Shown here: one piece after another, positions 31,024 through 40,645 of the stretch
Position numbering within the stretch: position 1 is the first letter of the stretch
Layout of the letters: each line of letters starts with the position of its first letter
From: Vicinamibacterales bacterium
GTDB taxonomy: Bacteria; Acidobacteriota; Vicinamibacteria; Vicinamibacterales; UBA8438
DNA length: 64,000 nt
Direction: 5' to 3'
Assembly (NCBI GenBank): GCA_965207665.1
Contig: CBDBMV010000001.1
Span: forward strand, 41,366-105,365
Translations under genes and position numbers: made by a program
Notes under the pieces: generated by a model
What the model saw: only the letters and a program-made list of their open reading frames with translations
Database searches by the model: none
What the model was told of the DNA's origin: nothing

Positions 31024-32198
31024 CACATCTTGTCGGCCGGGCGGGTGAGCATCGCGATGGCGTGCACTACGAGCGCCTCGCCGCGGCCTACTTCGCCTAT
31101 CCCCTCGCCGGTCTTGCCCTTGATGGACACCCGCTCCGGCGCGACGTGCAGCGCCTCCGCCAGACGCCGCCGCATCTCCGCCGCGAACGCGCGGATCTTC
31201 GGCTGCTCGGTGACCACGACCACGTCCACGTTGCCGACCGCGAACCCCAGGTCGCGGACGGCCCCCGCTGCATCGCGCAGCAGCTCGATGCTGGCCGCCC
31301 CGCGCCACCGTTCGTCGTCGTCGGGGAATCGCTGGCCGATGTCGCCGGCGCCCGCGGCGCCGAGCACGGCGTCCGTCACCGCGTGACAGACCGCATCCGC
31401 ATCCGAATGGCCCAGCAGGCCGTGCGCGCCTGGAATGGAGACACCGCCGAGCACCAGCGGCCGCCCCTCCACGAACCGGTGCAGGTCGTATCCGAGGCCG
31501 ACACGTGTTTCGAGCGGCCCGGCCGCCGCAATCCGCCCGGCAAGCGCCAGGTCGTCCGCGCTCGTCACCTTGAAGTTGCGCACGTCGCCCTGCACCAGAC
31601 GGACGGGGTGGCCGGCGCGCTCGACGAGCGTGGTTTCATCGGTCGCCTCCGCTCCGCCGCTGGCTCGCTCCACCGCATCGCGCAGCAGGTCCACGCGGAA
31701 CGCCTGCGGCGTCTGCACCAGATAGATGCTCTCCCTGGGCAACGTTGCGCCGACCACCGCCACGCCCTCTGCGACGCGGCCCTCCTTCACCGTATCGAAC
31801 GCGGGCAGCGCCGCCGTGGCCGCGCCCGACTCGACCGCCGCCGCGATCGTCCGGTCGATCAGGTCCGGCGTGCAGAACGGCCGGGCCGCGTCGTGAATCA
31901 CTACAATCTCGCTCGCCGGCGCAACGGCGGCCAGCCCCGCGGCCACGGAGTCCTGGCGGCGGGCGCCGCCCGCGACCAACCGTACCGGCGTCCGGATCCG
32001 GCCTATCAGGTCAGGCGGAGACGCCAGCAGCTCCGGCGGCAGCACGAGAACGATCTCGCCTATCCGCTCACTGGCGTCGAACGGCGCGACGCTGCGCTCC
32101 AGCAGCGTGCGCCCGCCAATGGTGCGCAACTGCTTGTGGATCGGACCGCCGAGCCTTGCGCCCCGTCCGCCCGCGGCAATGATGGCTGCAATCAACAT
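31023..32198 (-). CDS. ispDF: Bifunctional IspD/IspF (MEP cytidylyltransferase / MEcPP synthase)
   Basis: 391 aa. N-terminal IIAAGGRGARLG...KQL IspD motif. C-terminal half RVGLGYDLHRF..GRPLVLGGV.IP...GLLGHSDADAVCHA..DA.LGA...GDIG..FP is IspF. Confidence 0.93.
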   Translation of the reverse strand: MLIAAIIAAGGRGARLGGPIHKQLRTIGGRTLLERSVAPFDASERIGEIVLVLPPELLASPPDLIGRIRTPVRLVAGGARRQDSVAAGLAAVAPASEIVVIHDAARPFCTPDLIDRTIAAAVESGAATAALPAFDTVKEGRVAEGVAVVGATLPRESIYLVQTPQAFRVDLLRDAVERASGGAEATDETTLVERAGHPVRLVQGDVRNFKVTSADDLALAGRIAAAGPLETRVGLGYDLHRFVEGRPLVLGGVSIPGAHGLLGHSDADAVCHAVTDAVLGAAGAGDIGQRFPDDDERWRGAASIELLRDAAGAVRDLGFAVGNVDVVVVTEQPKIRAFAAEMRRRLAEALHVAPERVSIKGKTGEGIGEVGRGEALVVHAIAMLTRPADKM

Positions 32199-32911
32199 CA
32201 GGCGGCCTTCCGCTCCACGATGTCGCGGGCCCGATCCGCGAGGCCGCGCGCTCCGGCGCGGCTCATGCCCTGCGTCTGGATGGGTTCGTGCACGACCACG
32301 TCCACGTCCCCGGGACAGGTCATCAGGCGCCCCTTCAGCATCACGTGCCGGCTGCCGGCGACCGATACCGGCACGACCGGCAGACCGGCTTCAATCGCCA
32401 TCAGGAACAGTCCCCGCTTGAACGGCCCCACGCGGCCGTCACGGCTCCGCGTGCCCTCCGGAAAGACGATGAGCGACTGGCCGCCGGCCGTCATCGCCGC
32501 CACGTGCTTCAGCGTTGCCGCGCCGGTGCGCTCCCGCTCCACCAGCAGGTGCCCGGTGCAGCGCAGATGCCAGCCCAGCACGGGGAAGCGGCCGAGCGAC
32601 GCCTTGGCGATGATGCGCAACTGCAACGGCAGCGCCCAGAACAGAATCGGGATGTCGTAGATGCTCTGGTGGTTCGAAACGAAGATGCAGGCGCCCTCGC
32701 GCGGCAGCGATTCGAGCCCCTCCACCCGCAGGCGGACGCCCGTCGTCAGCAGGATCAGCCGCGACCAGGCGCGGGCGCAGCGGTGGGCTGCGTTGCCGCT
32801 GCGGTCGACCAGGCTCGATGCGAGCGACAGGCCACCGAGCACGACGGTGTACACGCTGATCGCCGGTATCAGCCAGAACACGGTGCGCCACCAGTGAAAG
32901 GGCGGAAGCAT
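32198..32911 (-). CDS. plsC: 1-acyl-sn-glycerol-3-phosphate acyltransferase
   Basis: Trimmed to the ATG at 32911 (MLPPFHWWRTVFWLI...). NHQSIYD (HX4D) and FPEGTRS acyltransferase motifs. TAATG junction with the radA stop. Confidence 0.87.
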   Translation of the reverse strand: MLPPFHWWRTVFWLIPAISVYTVVLGGLSLASSLVDRSGNAAHRCARAWSRLILLTTGVRLRVEGLESLPREGACIFVSNHQSIYDIPILFWALPLQLRIIAKASLGRFPVLGWHLRCTGHLLVERERTGAATLKHVAAMTAGGQSLIVFPEGTRSRDGRVGPFKRGLFLMAIEAGLPVVPVSVAGSRHVMLKGRLMTCPGDVDVVVHEPIQTQGMSRAGARGLADRARDIVERKAA

Positions 32912-34278
32912 TACTCGATCAGCGCCTCGAGCGCCTCCGCGACGGAGGCAACCCCCACCTGCTCGCAACTGCCTGCGCCCGGTGCGGGCGCGCAGTTGCC
33001 GGCGGGCATGACGCAGCGCGTGAAGCCGAGCTGCGCCGCCTCGCGGAGCCGCAGCGGCGCGCGCGGCGTTCCGCGCACCTCCCCCGCCAGACCGACCTCG
33101 CCGAAGACGGCGGTGCCGGATCGCACCGGCCGGTTCCGCAGGCTGGAGGCCACGGCGGCAATCACCCCGAGGTCGGCCGCGGGCTCGTTGACCGTCAGCC
33201 CGCCGGCCATGTTGAGGAATACGTCCTCCCCGGCCAGGCTGAGGCCGGCGCGCTTCTCCAGCACCGCGAGCAGCAGCGACAGGCGGTTCTGGTCGAGCCC
33301 GCTGGCGGTGCGCCGGGCGGTGCCGTAGGCGCCGCTGCTCACGAGCGCCTGCACCTCGACGAGGATCGGCCGCGAGCCTTCGATGGAGCATAGCACCGCC
33401 GAACCCGGGACGTTCGAGACGCGCTCGGCAAGGAACAGCTCGGACGGGTTGGGCACGCCGCGCAGGCCGGAACCCGTCATGTCGAAAACGCCCAGCTCGC
33501 TGACCGCGCCGAAGCGGTTCTTGACCGCGCGGATCACCCTGTGGGAGTGATGCCGCTCGCCTTCGAAATACAGCACCGTATCGACCACGTGCTCCAGCAC
33601 CTTCGGTCCGGCCAGGCTGCCGTCCTTCGTCACGTGGCCCACGAGGAACGTCGGCAGATCCCGGCCCTTGGCCGTGAACAGCAGCTCTGCCGCCGCCGCG
33701 CGCACCTGGCCGATGCTGCCGGGCGCCGACTGCAGCTTGAGCGAGAAGACCGTCTGGATCGAATCGACGATCAGCGCGACCGGCTTGACGCGCGCCGCCT
33801 CGTCGAGAATGCGTTCGAGACAGGTTTCCGCCAGCAGGTACAGCGGCGGTGCGTCCAGCCCCAGCCGATCGCCGCGCATCTTCAGTTGCTGCACCGACTC
33901 TTCGCCCGAGGCGTACAGCACCGGGCCGAGCGTACGCGCGACGGCCGCCGCCATCTGCAGCAGCAGCGTCGACTTGCCGATGCCCGGCTCGCCACCCAGC
34001 AGCACGGCCGAGCCCGGGACGATCCCGCCGCCGAGCACGCGGTCGAGCTCACTGATGCCGCTCGCCAGGCGCTCGGCCCCGGCCGTCTCGATCTGGTCGT
34101 AGCGCTGGGCGGTTGCGCTCCCGGCCGCGCTCGCGCCCCCCCCCGCCCCGCCCGGACCGGCGGGAACCGCTTCTTCCACCAGCGTGTTCCAAGCGCTGCA
34201 TTCGGGACACTGCCCGAACCACTTGCGCGCCTGCGCGCCGCATGCCTGACAGACGAATACGGTCCTCGGCTCCTTCAT
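32911..34278 (-). CDS. radA: DNA repair protein RadA/Sms
   Basis: Trimmed to the ATG at 34278, giving MKEPRTVFVCQACGAQARKWFGQCPECSAWNTL (zinc finger). Walker A GGEPGIGKSTLLLQ, KNRFG motif, Lon-like C-terminus. Confidence 0.95.
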   Translation of the reverse strand: MKEPRTVFVCQACGAQARKWFGQCPECSAWNTLVEEAVPAGPGGAGGGASAAGSATAQRYDQIETAGAERLASGISELDRVLGGGIVPGSAVLLGGEPGIGKSTLLLQMAAAVARTLGPVLYASGEESVQQLKMRGDRLGLDAPPLYLLAETCLERILDEAARVKPVALIVDSIQTVFSLKLQSAPGSIGQVRAAAAELLFTAKGRDLPTFLVGHVTKDGSLAGPKVLEHVVDTVLYFEGERHHSHRVIRAVKNRFGAVSELGVFDMTGSGLRGVPNPSELFLAERVSNVPGSAVLCSIEGSRPILVEVQALVSSGAYGTARRTASGLDQNRLSLLLAVLEKRAGLSLAGEDVFLNMAGGLTVNEPAADLGVIAAVASSLRNRPVRSGTAVFGEVGLAGEVRGTPRAPLRLREAAQLGFTRCVMPAGNCAPAPGAGSCEQVGVASVAEALEALIE

Positions 34279-35450
34279 CGCGCCGCCGGCTCCCCGGCTT
34301 TCGCCGCCGTGGCGTCCGCGCCGGAATAGACACGCTCGATCCGGCTGCCGGTGCGGCACAGGATCTCATGCGGCACCGTGCCGATCCACCGCGCCACTTC
34401 CCCGACGCCGATGCTGTCGTCGCCTTGCGCGCCTACCAGCACGACTTCGTCGCCGGGGCTGACGTCCATCGCGCTGACGTCGATCGTGATCGAATCCATG
34501 CATACCGACCCTACGATGGGCGCCCGCTGCCCCCGCACGAGCACGGCGCCGGTCCCCGCCATCCGCACGTCCAGCCCGTCCGCGTAGCCGGCCGGAACCA
34601 CGGCAATGCGCATTGGCCCCGGGGCGGTGAACCGCGCCCCGTAGCCGCAGGACTCGCCCGACCGCATCCCCTTGACCGCCACGATCCGGCTGTGCAGCGA
34701 CATGACGGGCCGGAGACGGAGCGCGTCCGGCTCCGGCGCACCGGCCGGCAGCGCGCCGTACAGCAACAGGCCGGGCCGCACGGCGTCCAGCCAGGTTCGC
34801 CGGTCGCCCAGCAACGCGGCGCTGTTGGCGGCGTGACGCCGCCGGACGGCGAGACCGATCTCCGGCAGCGCCGCTGCCGCCGCCTCGAACCGCCGCTGCT
34901 GCTGCTCGAACAGCGGCGACGCGGCCTCCTCGGCGGTGGCGAAGTGCGTGTAGACGGCGTCGAAGGCAAGATTGCGACTGGCGAGCACGGCGGGCAGCGT
35001 CGACCGCAGGTTGTCGTACCGGAAACCGAACCGGTTCATGCCGGTATCGATCTTCAAGTGGCAGCGGATCCGGACGCCGCGGCGCTCCGCTACGGTGTGC
35101 AGCGCCCGCGCCGCCGACGGCGACGACACCGTCGGCGTGAGGTGGTGCTCGAACACGCCGCCGAGGTCGCTGACGCTGAGCGCACCGAATACGAGAATCG
35201 GTATCCGCACGCCGGCGCGGCGGAGCTGTACGCCTTCCTCGATATCCGCGCAGGCCAGCATTGCGGCGCCGGCCTCCTCCAGGGCGCGGGCGACGACGGC
35301 CGCGCCGTGGCCGTACGCATTGGCCTTGACGACGGCGATGACCGCCGGTGGTTGTACGCCGCCGGCAGGGGGGGCAACGAAAGCGCGCACGGCGCGATAG
35401 TTGGCCTGTAGCGCCGCGAGGTCGATCCGGGCGAAGGTCGGTCGGATCAC
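34275..35450 (-). CDS. alr: Alanine racemase
   Basis: 391 aa, ...AVVKANAYGHGA... PLP-lysine motif. ATGA overlap with the radA start. Confidence 0.93.
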   Translation of the reverse strand: MIRPTFARIDLAALQANYRAVRAFVAPPAGGVQPPAVIAVVKANAYGHGAAVVARALEEAGAAMLACADIEEGVQLRRAGVRIPILVFGALSVSDLGGVFEHHLTPTVSSPSAARALHTVAERRGVRIRCHLKIDTGMNRFGFRYDNLRSTLPAVLASRNLAFDAVYTHFATAEEAASPLFEQQQRRFEAAAAALPEIGLAVRRRHAANSAALLGDRRTWLDAVRPGLLLYGALPAGAPEPDALRLRPVMSLHSRIVAVKGMRSGESCGYGARFTAPGPMRIAVVPAGYADGLDVRMAGTGAVLVRGQRAPIVGSVCMDSITIDVSAMDVSPGDEVVLVGAQGDDSIGVGEVARWIGTVPHEILCRTGSRIERVYSGADATAAKAGEPAAR

Positions 35451-35466
35451 TGGACGAGGATCCGGA

Positions 35467-36816
35467 TCACGGCGCTTCGGGACTGAGGTTGGCGAAGCGC
35501 GTGTACTGCTTGAGGAAAGCCAGCTTCACCGTCCCGGTCGGTCCGTTGCGCTGCTTGCCGATGATGACCTCCGCCAGGCCGGAGTTTTCAGGCTTTTCGT
35601 CGTACATCTCCTCGCGAAAGATGAACATGACGACGTCGGCGTCCTGCTCCAGCGCGCCCGATTCCCGCAGGTCCGACAGTTGCGGCCGGCGGTCCGCGCG
35701 CGATTCCGGCGCGCGGCTGAGCTGGGAAAGCGCCACGACCGGCACGTTGAGCTCCTTGGCAAGCCCTTTCAGGCTGCGCGAGATCGCGGCGAGCTCCTGT
35801 GTGCGGTTCTCGAACCGGCCGCGGCCCTGCATCAACTGGATGTAGTCGATGATGACCAGATCGAGACCGTGCGTTTCCTTGAGCAGACGACTCTTCGCGC
35901 GCATCTCGAGCACGCCGATCGCCGGCGTGTCGTCGACGAACACGCGGGCCTGTCCCAGCCTGCCCAGTGCGGCGGAAAGACCGCTCCAGTCGCTGTCGCT
36001 GAGCATGCCGGTGCGCAGCCGGTGGGCGTCGACGTCCGCCTCGGCCGTCAGCATCCGCAAAAAGATCTGTTCCTTGGCCATCTCGAGGCTGAAGATGCCG
36101 ACCGTCCGCTCCCCCCGTGTCCCGACGTGCAGGCCGACATTGAGGGCGAAGGCCGTCTTGCCCATCGACGGCCGCGCGGCAACGATGACGAGGTCGGCCG
36201 GCTGCAGCCCGGCCGTCAGGTCATCGATGTCGGCGAAGCCCGTGGGTACGCCGGTTACGAGACCCTTCTGCGCCTGAATCCGTTCGACGGTCTCGAAGCC
36301 GTCCTTGACGAGCTGCTCCATCGACACGAAGCCGCTGTGGATGCGGTCTTCGGCGATGGCGAAGATTTCCTGCTGCGCCCGGTCGAGCACGGCGTCAGCG
36401 TCGTCATCGGTGGCGTAGGCGCTGGAGACGATCTTGTTGGCCGAATGGATCAGATTGCGCAGCGTCGCCTTTTCCTTGACGATCTGTGCGTAGTGCGCGA
36501 CGTTGGTCGAGCGCGGGACGCCGTCGGCCAGCGCGCTGATGTAGGCGGGGCCGCCGATCTTCTCCAGATCGCCCGCGCGGTCCAGGGCGTCCCGCAACGT
36601 GACGAGGTCGATCGCCTGGCCCCGCTCGCTGAGGCCGGCGATCCTGTCGAAGACACGGCGGTGGGCGTCGCGGTAGAAGTCGTCAGCCTTGACGAGCTCC
36701 GCCGCGACGTTGAACGCCGAGTTGTTGATCAGAATCGAGCCGAGGACGCAGCGCTCCGCCTCCAGGTTGTGCGGCAGGGCCCGCTCCCCCGCAGGGGTCG
36801 ACGCGAAGTCATCCAT
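35467..36816 (-). CDS. dnaB: Replicative DNA helicase DnaB
   Basis: 449 aa, ...PHNLEAERCVLGSIL..., Walker A ...ARPSMGKTAFALN..., ...DYIQLM... and ...SQLSRA.E.R.D.RPQLSDLRESGA.EQDAD.V. Confidence 0.96.
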   Translation of the reverse strand: MDDFASTPAGERALPHNLEAERCVLGSILINNSAFNVAAELVKADDFYRDAHRRVFDRIAGLSERGQAIDLVTLRDALDRAGDLEKIGGPAYISALADGVPRSTNVAHYAQIVKEKATLRNLIHSANKIVSSAYATDDDADAVLDRAQQEIFAIAEDRIHSGFVSMEQLVKDGFETVERIQAQKGLVTGVPTGFADIDDLTAGLQPADLVIVAARPSMGKTAFALNVGLHVGTRGERTVGIFSLEMAKEQIFLRMLTAEADVDAHRLRTGMLSDSDWSGLSAALGRLGQARVFVDDTPAIGVLEMRAKSRLLKETHGLDLVIIDYIQLMQGRGRFENRTQELAAISRSLKGLAKELNVPVVALSQLSRAPESRADRRPQLSDLRESGALEQDADVVMFIFREEMYDEKPENSGLAEVIIGKQRNGPTGTVKLAFLKQYTRFANLSPEAP

Positions 36817-36843
36817 CCGACAGACACGGGCGCCGCGAGGCGC

Positions 36844-37314
36844 CTAATCGGACGCGCCGGCGTCGTCCCCTTCCCGTACTACGCGCACGCGGACGCTCGC
36901 CTCGACGTCGCGATGAATCCTGACCGGCACGGTGTACTCGCCGAGCTGCTTGATCGGCTCTTCCAACTGAACCTGGCGCTTGTCGATCTCCAGCGCGTGC
37001 GCCGCGAGGTGTTCGGCGATATCGGCATTGGTCACCGAGCCGTACAGCGTGTCGTGCTCCCCGACCCGCCGCGCGATCTCGCACTCCACCGCCGCCACGC
37101 GGTCGGCCAGGGCCTGCGCGGTCTGCCGCTCCTCCGCCTCGCGCTGCTCGGCCAGCGCACGCTCCCGCTCCACCTGCCGGCGGTTCGCCGCGGTGACCGG
37201 CAGCGCCAGCTTGCGCGGCAGCAGGTAGTTGCGCGCGTAGCCTCCAGCCACCTTCACGATATCGCCGCGGCGGCCCAGATGGTCGATGTGTTCCCGGAGG
37301 ATGAGCTCTTCCAC
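36844..37314 (-). CDS. rplI: 50S ribosomal protein L9
   Basis: 156 aa, MEELILREHIDHLGRRGDIVKVAGGYARNYLLPRKLA.... Confidence 0.94.
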   Translation of the reverse strand: MEELILREHIDHLGRRGDIVKVAGGYARNYLLPRKLALPVTAANRRQVERERALAEQREAEERQTAQALADRVAAVECEIARRVGEHDTLYGSVTNADIAEHLAAHALEIDKRQVQLEEPIKQLGEYTVPVRIHRDVEASVRVRVVREGDDAGASD

Positions 37315-37325
37315 CGCAACCTCCG

Positions 37326-37592
37326 CTAGTCGGTGATGTACGGAATCAGCGCCAACTGGCGCGCCCGCTTGATGGCCGTGGTCAGCTTGCGCTGGTGCTT
37401 GGCGCAGGTTCCGGAAATGCGGCGCGGCTGAATCTTGCCGCGCTCCGGAATCGAGAGCATCAGCACCCGCACGTCCTTGTAGTCGATGTAGTCGATCTTC
37501 TCGACGCAGAAGCGGCAGGCGCGGCGGCGCCTGAAGCCGCCCCTCCGCGGACCGCCGCCGGAAGCGCCGCGCGACCCTCGTTCCTTCGTCAT
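37326..37592 (-). CDS. rpsR: 30S ribosomal protein S18
   Basis: 88 aa, ...[16 protein letters not shown]......GKI.PRR.SG.CAKHQR.L..AIKRAR..AL.P.... Confidence 0.95.
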   Translation of the reverse strand: MTKERGSRGASGGGPRRGGFRRRRACRFCVEKIDYIDYKDVRVLMLSIPERGKIQPRRISGTCAKHQRKLTTAIKRARQLALIPYITD

Positions 37593-38125
37593 TCCTTCAC
37601 CTCCGCTGCTGCCGGCGCATCCTCGGGCTTGTCCGCTGCCGCAGGGGCATCCGCCGGCTCGTCCGCCGCTGCCGGGGCCTCGGCAGTCTTCTCGTCCGGC
37701 TTCTCCCCGTCCGGCTGTGCAGCCGCCTCCGCTTCTGCCGGCTGCGCGGCCGCCTCGGCTTCGCCGGCGCCCCGCCGCTGCTGGCGCTTGGCCTGCCGGC
37801 GCGCCCGCTCGCGCTCCGCCTTGCGGAGATCCTCGTCCACGCGGACGACCAGGTACCTCAGGACATTGTCGGTCACCTTCAGCCGGCGGTCCAGCTCGCC
37901 GACGATCGCGCCCGAGCCGGTGAACAGCTCCAGCACGTAGGTGCCTTCCTTGTGGCGGTTGATCTCGTAGGCCAGCCGGCGCCGGCCCCAGTTGTCGGTC
38001 TTGTCGATCGTCCCGCCGCCGGCGGTGACGATCTCTTCGACGCGGGCGTGCAACTCGGCGACCCCCGCGTCATCCACGTCCGGTGCGATGACGTAGATCA
38101 ATTCATACTGTCGTGGTTCGGACAT
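37589..38125 (-). CDS. rpsF: 30S ribosomal protein S6 with a long Ala/Glu/Pro-rich C-terminal tail
   Basis: Trimmed to the ATG at 38125, giving [19 protein letters not shown].......E.....[16 protein letters not shown]......G.Y. No ssb/priB lies between rpsF and rpsR. Confidence 0.92.
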   Translation of the reverse strand: MSEPRQYELIYVIAPDVDDAGVAELHARVEEIVTAGGGTIDKTDNWGRRRLAYEINRHKEGTYVLELFTGSGAIVGELDRRLKVTDNVLRYLVVRVDEDLRKAERERARRQAKRQQRRGAGEAEAAAQPAEAEAAAQPDGEKPDEKTAEAPAAADEPADAPAAADKPEDAPAAAEVKE

Positions 38126-38186
38126 CGAACTCCTCTCGGTCGAATGCGGCCGCCGTTCGCCGGCGGCAAGGAGCATTGCTTGAGCA

Positions 38187-38744
38187 CTAGTTGAAACGGT
38201 TCATCATCACATCGATGCCGCTGGCGGCGAATTCCTCCACCGCATCGCCGGCTTCCGTTATCGCTTCCCTGATCGTCTCCTGCTCCGACGGCTCGAATCC
38301 CGCCAGCACGTGGCTGGCGAGGTCCCGCCGCTGGTCGCCGCGGTCGACGCCCACGCGCAGCCGCGCGAAACGCTCCGTCCCCAGCAGCTCGATCACCGAC
38401 TGCAGACCGTTGTGCCCGCCGGCCGAGCCGCCGCGCCGCGCGCGCAGCCGGCCGAGCGGCAGGTTCACGTCGTCGGCCACCACCAGCACGTCGTCCAGCG
38501 CGAAACGGTAATACCGGACCAGCTCCCCGACCGCGCTGCCGCTCAGGTTCATGAACGTGCACGGCTTGGCCAGCATGATCCGCGCGTCCGGCCCGCGCTC
38601 CCGCGCCATGAGCGCAGCGGCCGGGCTGGATTCGAACACCAGGCCGCGCCGCCGCGCGAGCTCGTCGACAACCTCGAAGCCGACGTTATGGCGCGTGCCG
38701 CGGTATCTCGGACCGGGATTGCCAAGCCCGACGATCAACTTCAT
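38187..38744 (-). CDS. pth: Peptidyl-tRNA hydrolase
   Basis: 185 aa, MKLIVGLGNPGPRYRGTRHNVGF.......GG.GGHNGL.S. Confidence 0.94.
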   Translation of the reverse strand: MKLIVGLGNPGPRYRGTRHNVGFEVVDELARRRGLVFESSPAAALMARERGPDARIMLAKPCTFMNLSGSAVGELVRYYRFALDDVLVVADDVNLPLGRLRARRGGSAGGHNGLQSVIELLGTERFARLRVGVDRGDQRRDLASHVLAGFEPSEQETIREAITEAGDAVEEFAASGIDVMMNRFN

Positions 38745-38756
38745 TGCATGGGGCTG

Positions 38757-39416
38757 CTATTCGCTCGGCTCTGGCTTGGCGCCCTCCTCCTCGGCGGCAG
38801 CTTCGGCGGCCGCGGCTTCCTCCTCCTCCTCGGCAGCTTCCTCGGCCTCCGCTTCCACCTTCGGCGCCACCACGTGCACCAGCAGCGTGTCAGGATCGCT
38901 CACCGGCTTCCACGAGACGCCTTCCAGCAGCTCGCGCAGGCGCACGCCCTGTCCGATCATGAGCGCGCTGATGTCCACCTCGAGATGTTCCGGAATCTCG
39001 GTCGGGAGGCACTCGACCTGCACGTCGCGCTGCACGAAATCGACCAGTCCGCCCTGCTGCTTGACGCCGGCCGCCTCGCCGCTGAGCGCCACCGGCACGC
39101 TGACGGTAATCGGCTTGTCGAGCGGCGGCTGGTAGAAGTCGACGTGCAGCAGCTCGTTGCTGACGGGATCGACCTGGTAGTCCTTCACCAGCACCTGGCT
39201 CGCGCTCCCGCCGTCGACGCTGAGCCCGAGCAACGTGTTGATGCCCGACTCGGAATGCATCACCTCGAGCAGCGGCTTGGGAGCCATCTTGATCGCCTGC
39301 GCTCCGCCTTCCTTGCCCCCGTAGAGCACCGCCGGCAGCAATCCGGCCTGGCGCAGCCGCCGGGCCTCGTTCTTCCCCCGCTCATCCCGCGTCGCCGCGG
39401 CCAACGTGATATCCAT
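38757..39416 (-). CDS. rplY: 50S ribosomal protein L25 / general stress protein Ctc
   Basis: 219 aa, ...R...GKNEARRLRQAGLLPAVLYG... plus the beta-barrel Ctc domain and an acidic tail. pth-ctc-prs synteny. Confidence 0.9.
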   Translation of the reverse strand: MDITLAAATRDERGKNEARRLRQAGLLPAVLYGGKEGGAQAIKMAPKPLLEVMHSESGINTLLGLSVDGGSASQVLVKDYQVDPVSNELLHVDFYQPPLDKPITVSVPVALSGEAAGVKQQGGLVDFVQRDVQVECLPTEIPEHLEVDISALMIGQGVRLRELLEGVSWKPVSDPDTLLVHVVAPKVEAEAEEAAEEEEEAAAAEAAAEEEGAKPEPSE

Positions 39417-39456
39417 CGTCCTGCCTGTCTTCCCCCACCATCCGCTGCCCTCCCGT

Positions 39457-40410
39457 TCAGACGAACAGGGAGGAAACGGATGTTTCCTGATGAATGCTCT
39501 GAATCGCCTTTCCGAGCAGTTGCGCCACGGACAGTACCTGAATCTTCGACGAAGCGGCCAGCTCGGGACGGAGCGGAATGGTGTCGGTCACGATCAGCCG
39601 CTCGAGCCCGGAGTCCTCGATGCGCTGCAGGGCCGGACCGGACAGCACGCCGTGCACGGCGCACGCCAGCACCCGCGCCGCGCCGTTGTCGCTCAACGCC
39701 AGCGACGCCTGGCGCAACGTCCCGGCGGTGTCCACGATGTCGTCCTGAATGATGCAGACGCGGTCACTGACCTCGCCCACGACGTTCATCACCTCCGCGT
39801 GGCCGTCGGACGACCGGCGCTTGTCGATTATCGCCAGCTCCACGTCGACGCCGAGGCGTTTCGCATACGCCCGGGCGCGCTCCACGCCGCCGGCGTCCGG
39901 CGACACGATGGTGAGAGGCCGCTCGTGCTGCAGCTTCGCGAGGTAGTCGATGAACACCGGAGCCGCGAACAGGTGATCCACCGGAATGTCGAAGAAACCC
40001 TGGATCTGCGCCTTGTGCAAATCCATCGTCAACACGCGGTTGGCGCCTGCCGCCCCGAGCAGGTTGGCGACCAGCTTGGCCGAGATCGGCACGCGCGGCT
40101 TGTCCTTGCGATCCTGCCGCGCATAGCCGTAGTACGGCATCACCGCGGTGATGCGCGATGCGGACGACCGGCGAAACGCGTCGATCATCACGCACAACTC
40201 GATCAGGTGCTGGTCGACCGGCGTGCAGGTGGGCTGGACGACGAAGACGTCGGCGCCGCGGATGTTCTCGTCGATCTGGAAGGAAACCTCGCCGTCGGAG
40301 AAGCGCCGCAGGCAGGCGCGCCCCAGCGGCACGTCCACGATGCCCGCGATCCGACTCGCGAGATCGGGGTGCGCGCTACCCGCAAACAGCTTCAGTTCCC
40401 TGCTATGCAT
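39457..40410 (-). CDS. prs: Ribose-phosphate pyrophosphokinase
   Basis: Trimmed to the ATG at 40410 (AGGAG upstream), giving MHSRELKLFAGSAHPDLA..IA......G.....RFSDGEV..QI.EN.RG.DVF..Q.T. PRPP loop ...IIQDDIVDTAGTL.... Confidence 0.95.
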   Translation of the reverse strand: MHSRELKLFAGSAHPDLASRIAGIVDVPLGRACLRRFSDGEVSFQIDENIRGADVFVVQPTCTPVDQHLIELCVMIDAFRRSSASRITAVMPYYGYARQDRKDKPRVPISAKLVANLLGAAGANRVLTMDLHKAQIQGFFDIPVDHLFAAPVFIDYLAKLQHERPLTIVSPDAGGVERARAYAKRLGVDVELAIIDKRRSSDGHAEVMNVVGEVSDRVCIIQDDIVDTAGTLRQASLALSDNGAARVLACAVHGVLSGPALQRIEDSGLERLIVTDTIPLRPELAASSKIQVLSVAQLLGKAIQSIHQETSVSSLFV

Positions 40411-40448
40411 TGGCTCCTGGAAGTCACACGCATGCAACGTACGGGCGT

Positions 40449-40522
40449 TGGCTGGGGCGGAAGGATTCGAACCTTCGATACGGGATCCAAAGTCCCGCGC
40501 CTTACCGCTTGGCGACGCCCCA
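40449..40522 (-). tRNA. trnQ: tRNA-Gln (anticodon TTG), CCA encoded
   Basis: Minus strand TGGGGCGTCGCCAAGCGGTAAGGCGCGGGACTTTGGATCCCGTATCGAAGGTTCGAATCCTTCCGCCCCAGCCA. U1:A72 pair is typical of bacterial tRNA-Gln. Confidence 0.9.
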
Positions 40523-40568
40523 ACATGAACGGCCTGAGGCTCGCAGGAGGCCCGGCTGGTGCAATCTC

Positions 40569-40602
40569 CCCGCTCGCGCCCGCCGCGGCGGGCGCGAGCG
40601 GG
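40569..40602. repeat. Perfect 34-nt GC palindrome between ispE and tRNA-Gln
   Basis: CCCGCTCGCGCCCGCCG|CGGCGGGCGCGAGCGGG is its own reverse complement (checked by hand). Confidence 0.85.
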
Positions 40603-40645
40603 TGTGTACTGTAGCGGATGCGGAGGACGCGGGCAAGAGGCGGGG

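Noticed and set aside
35401-37329. 642-aa plus-strand ORF
   Set aside because: It is antisense to dnaB and rplI, which have unambiguous motifs. Its composition is typical of spurious GC-rich frames.
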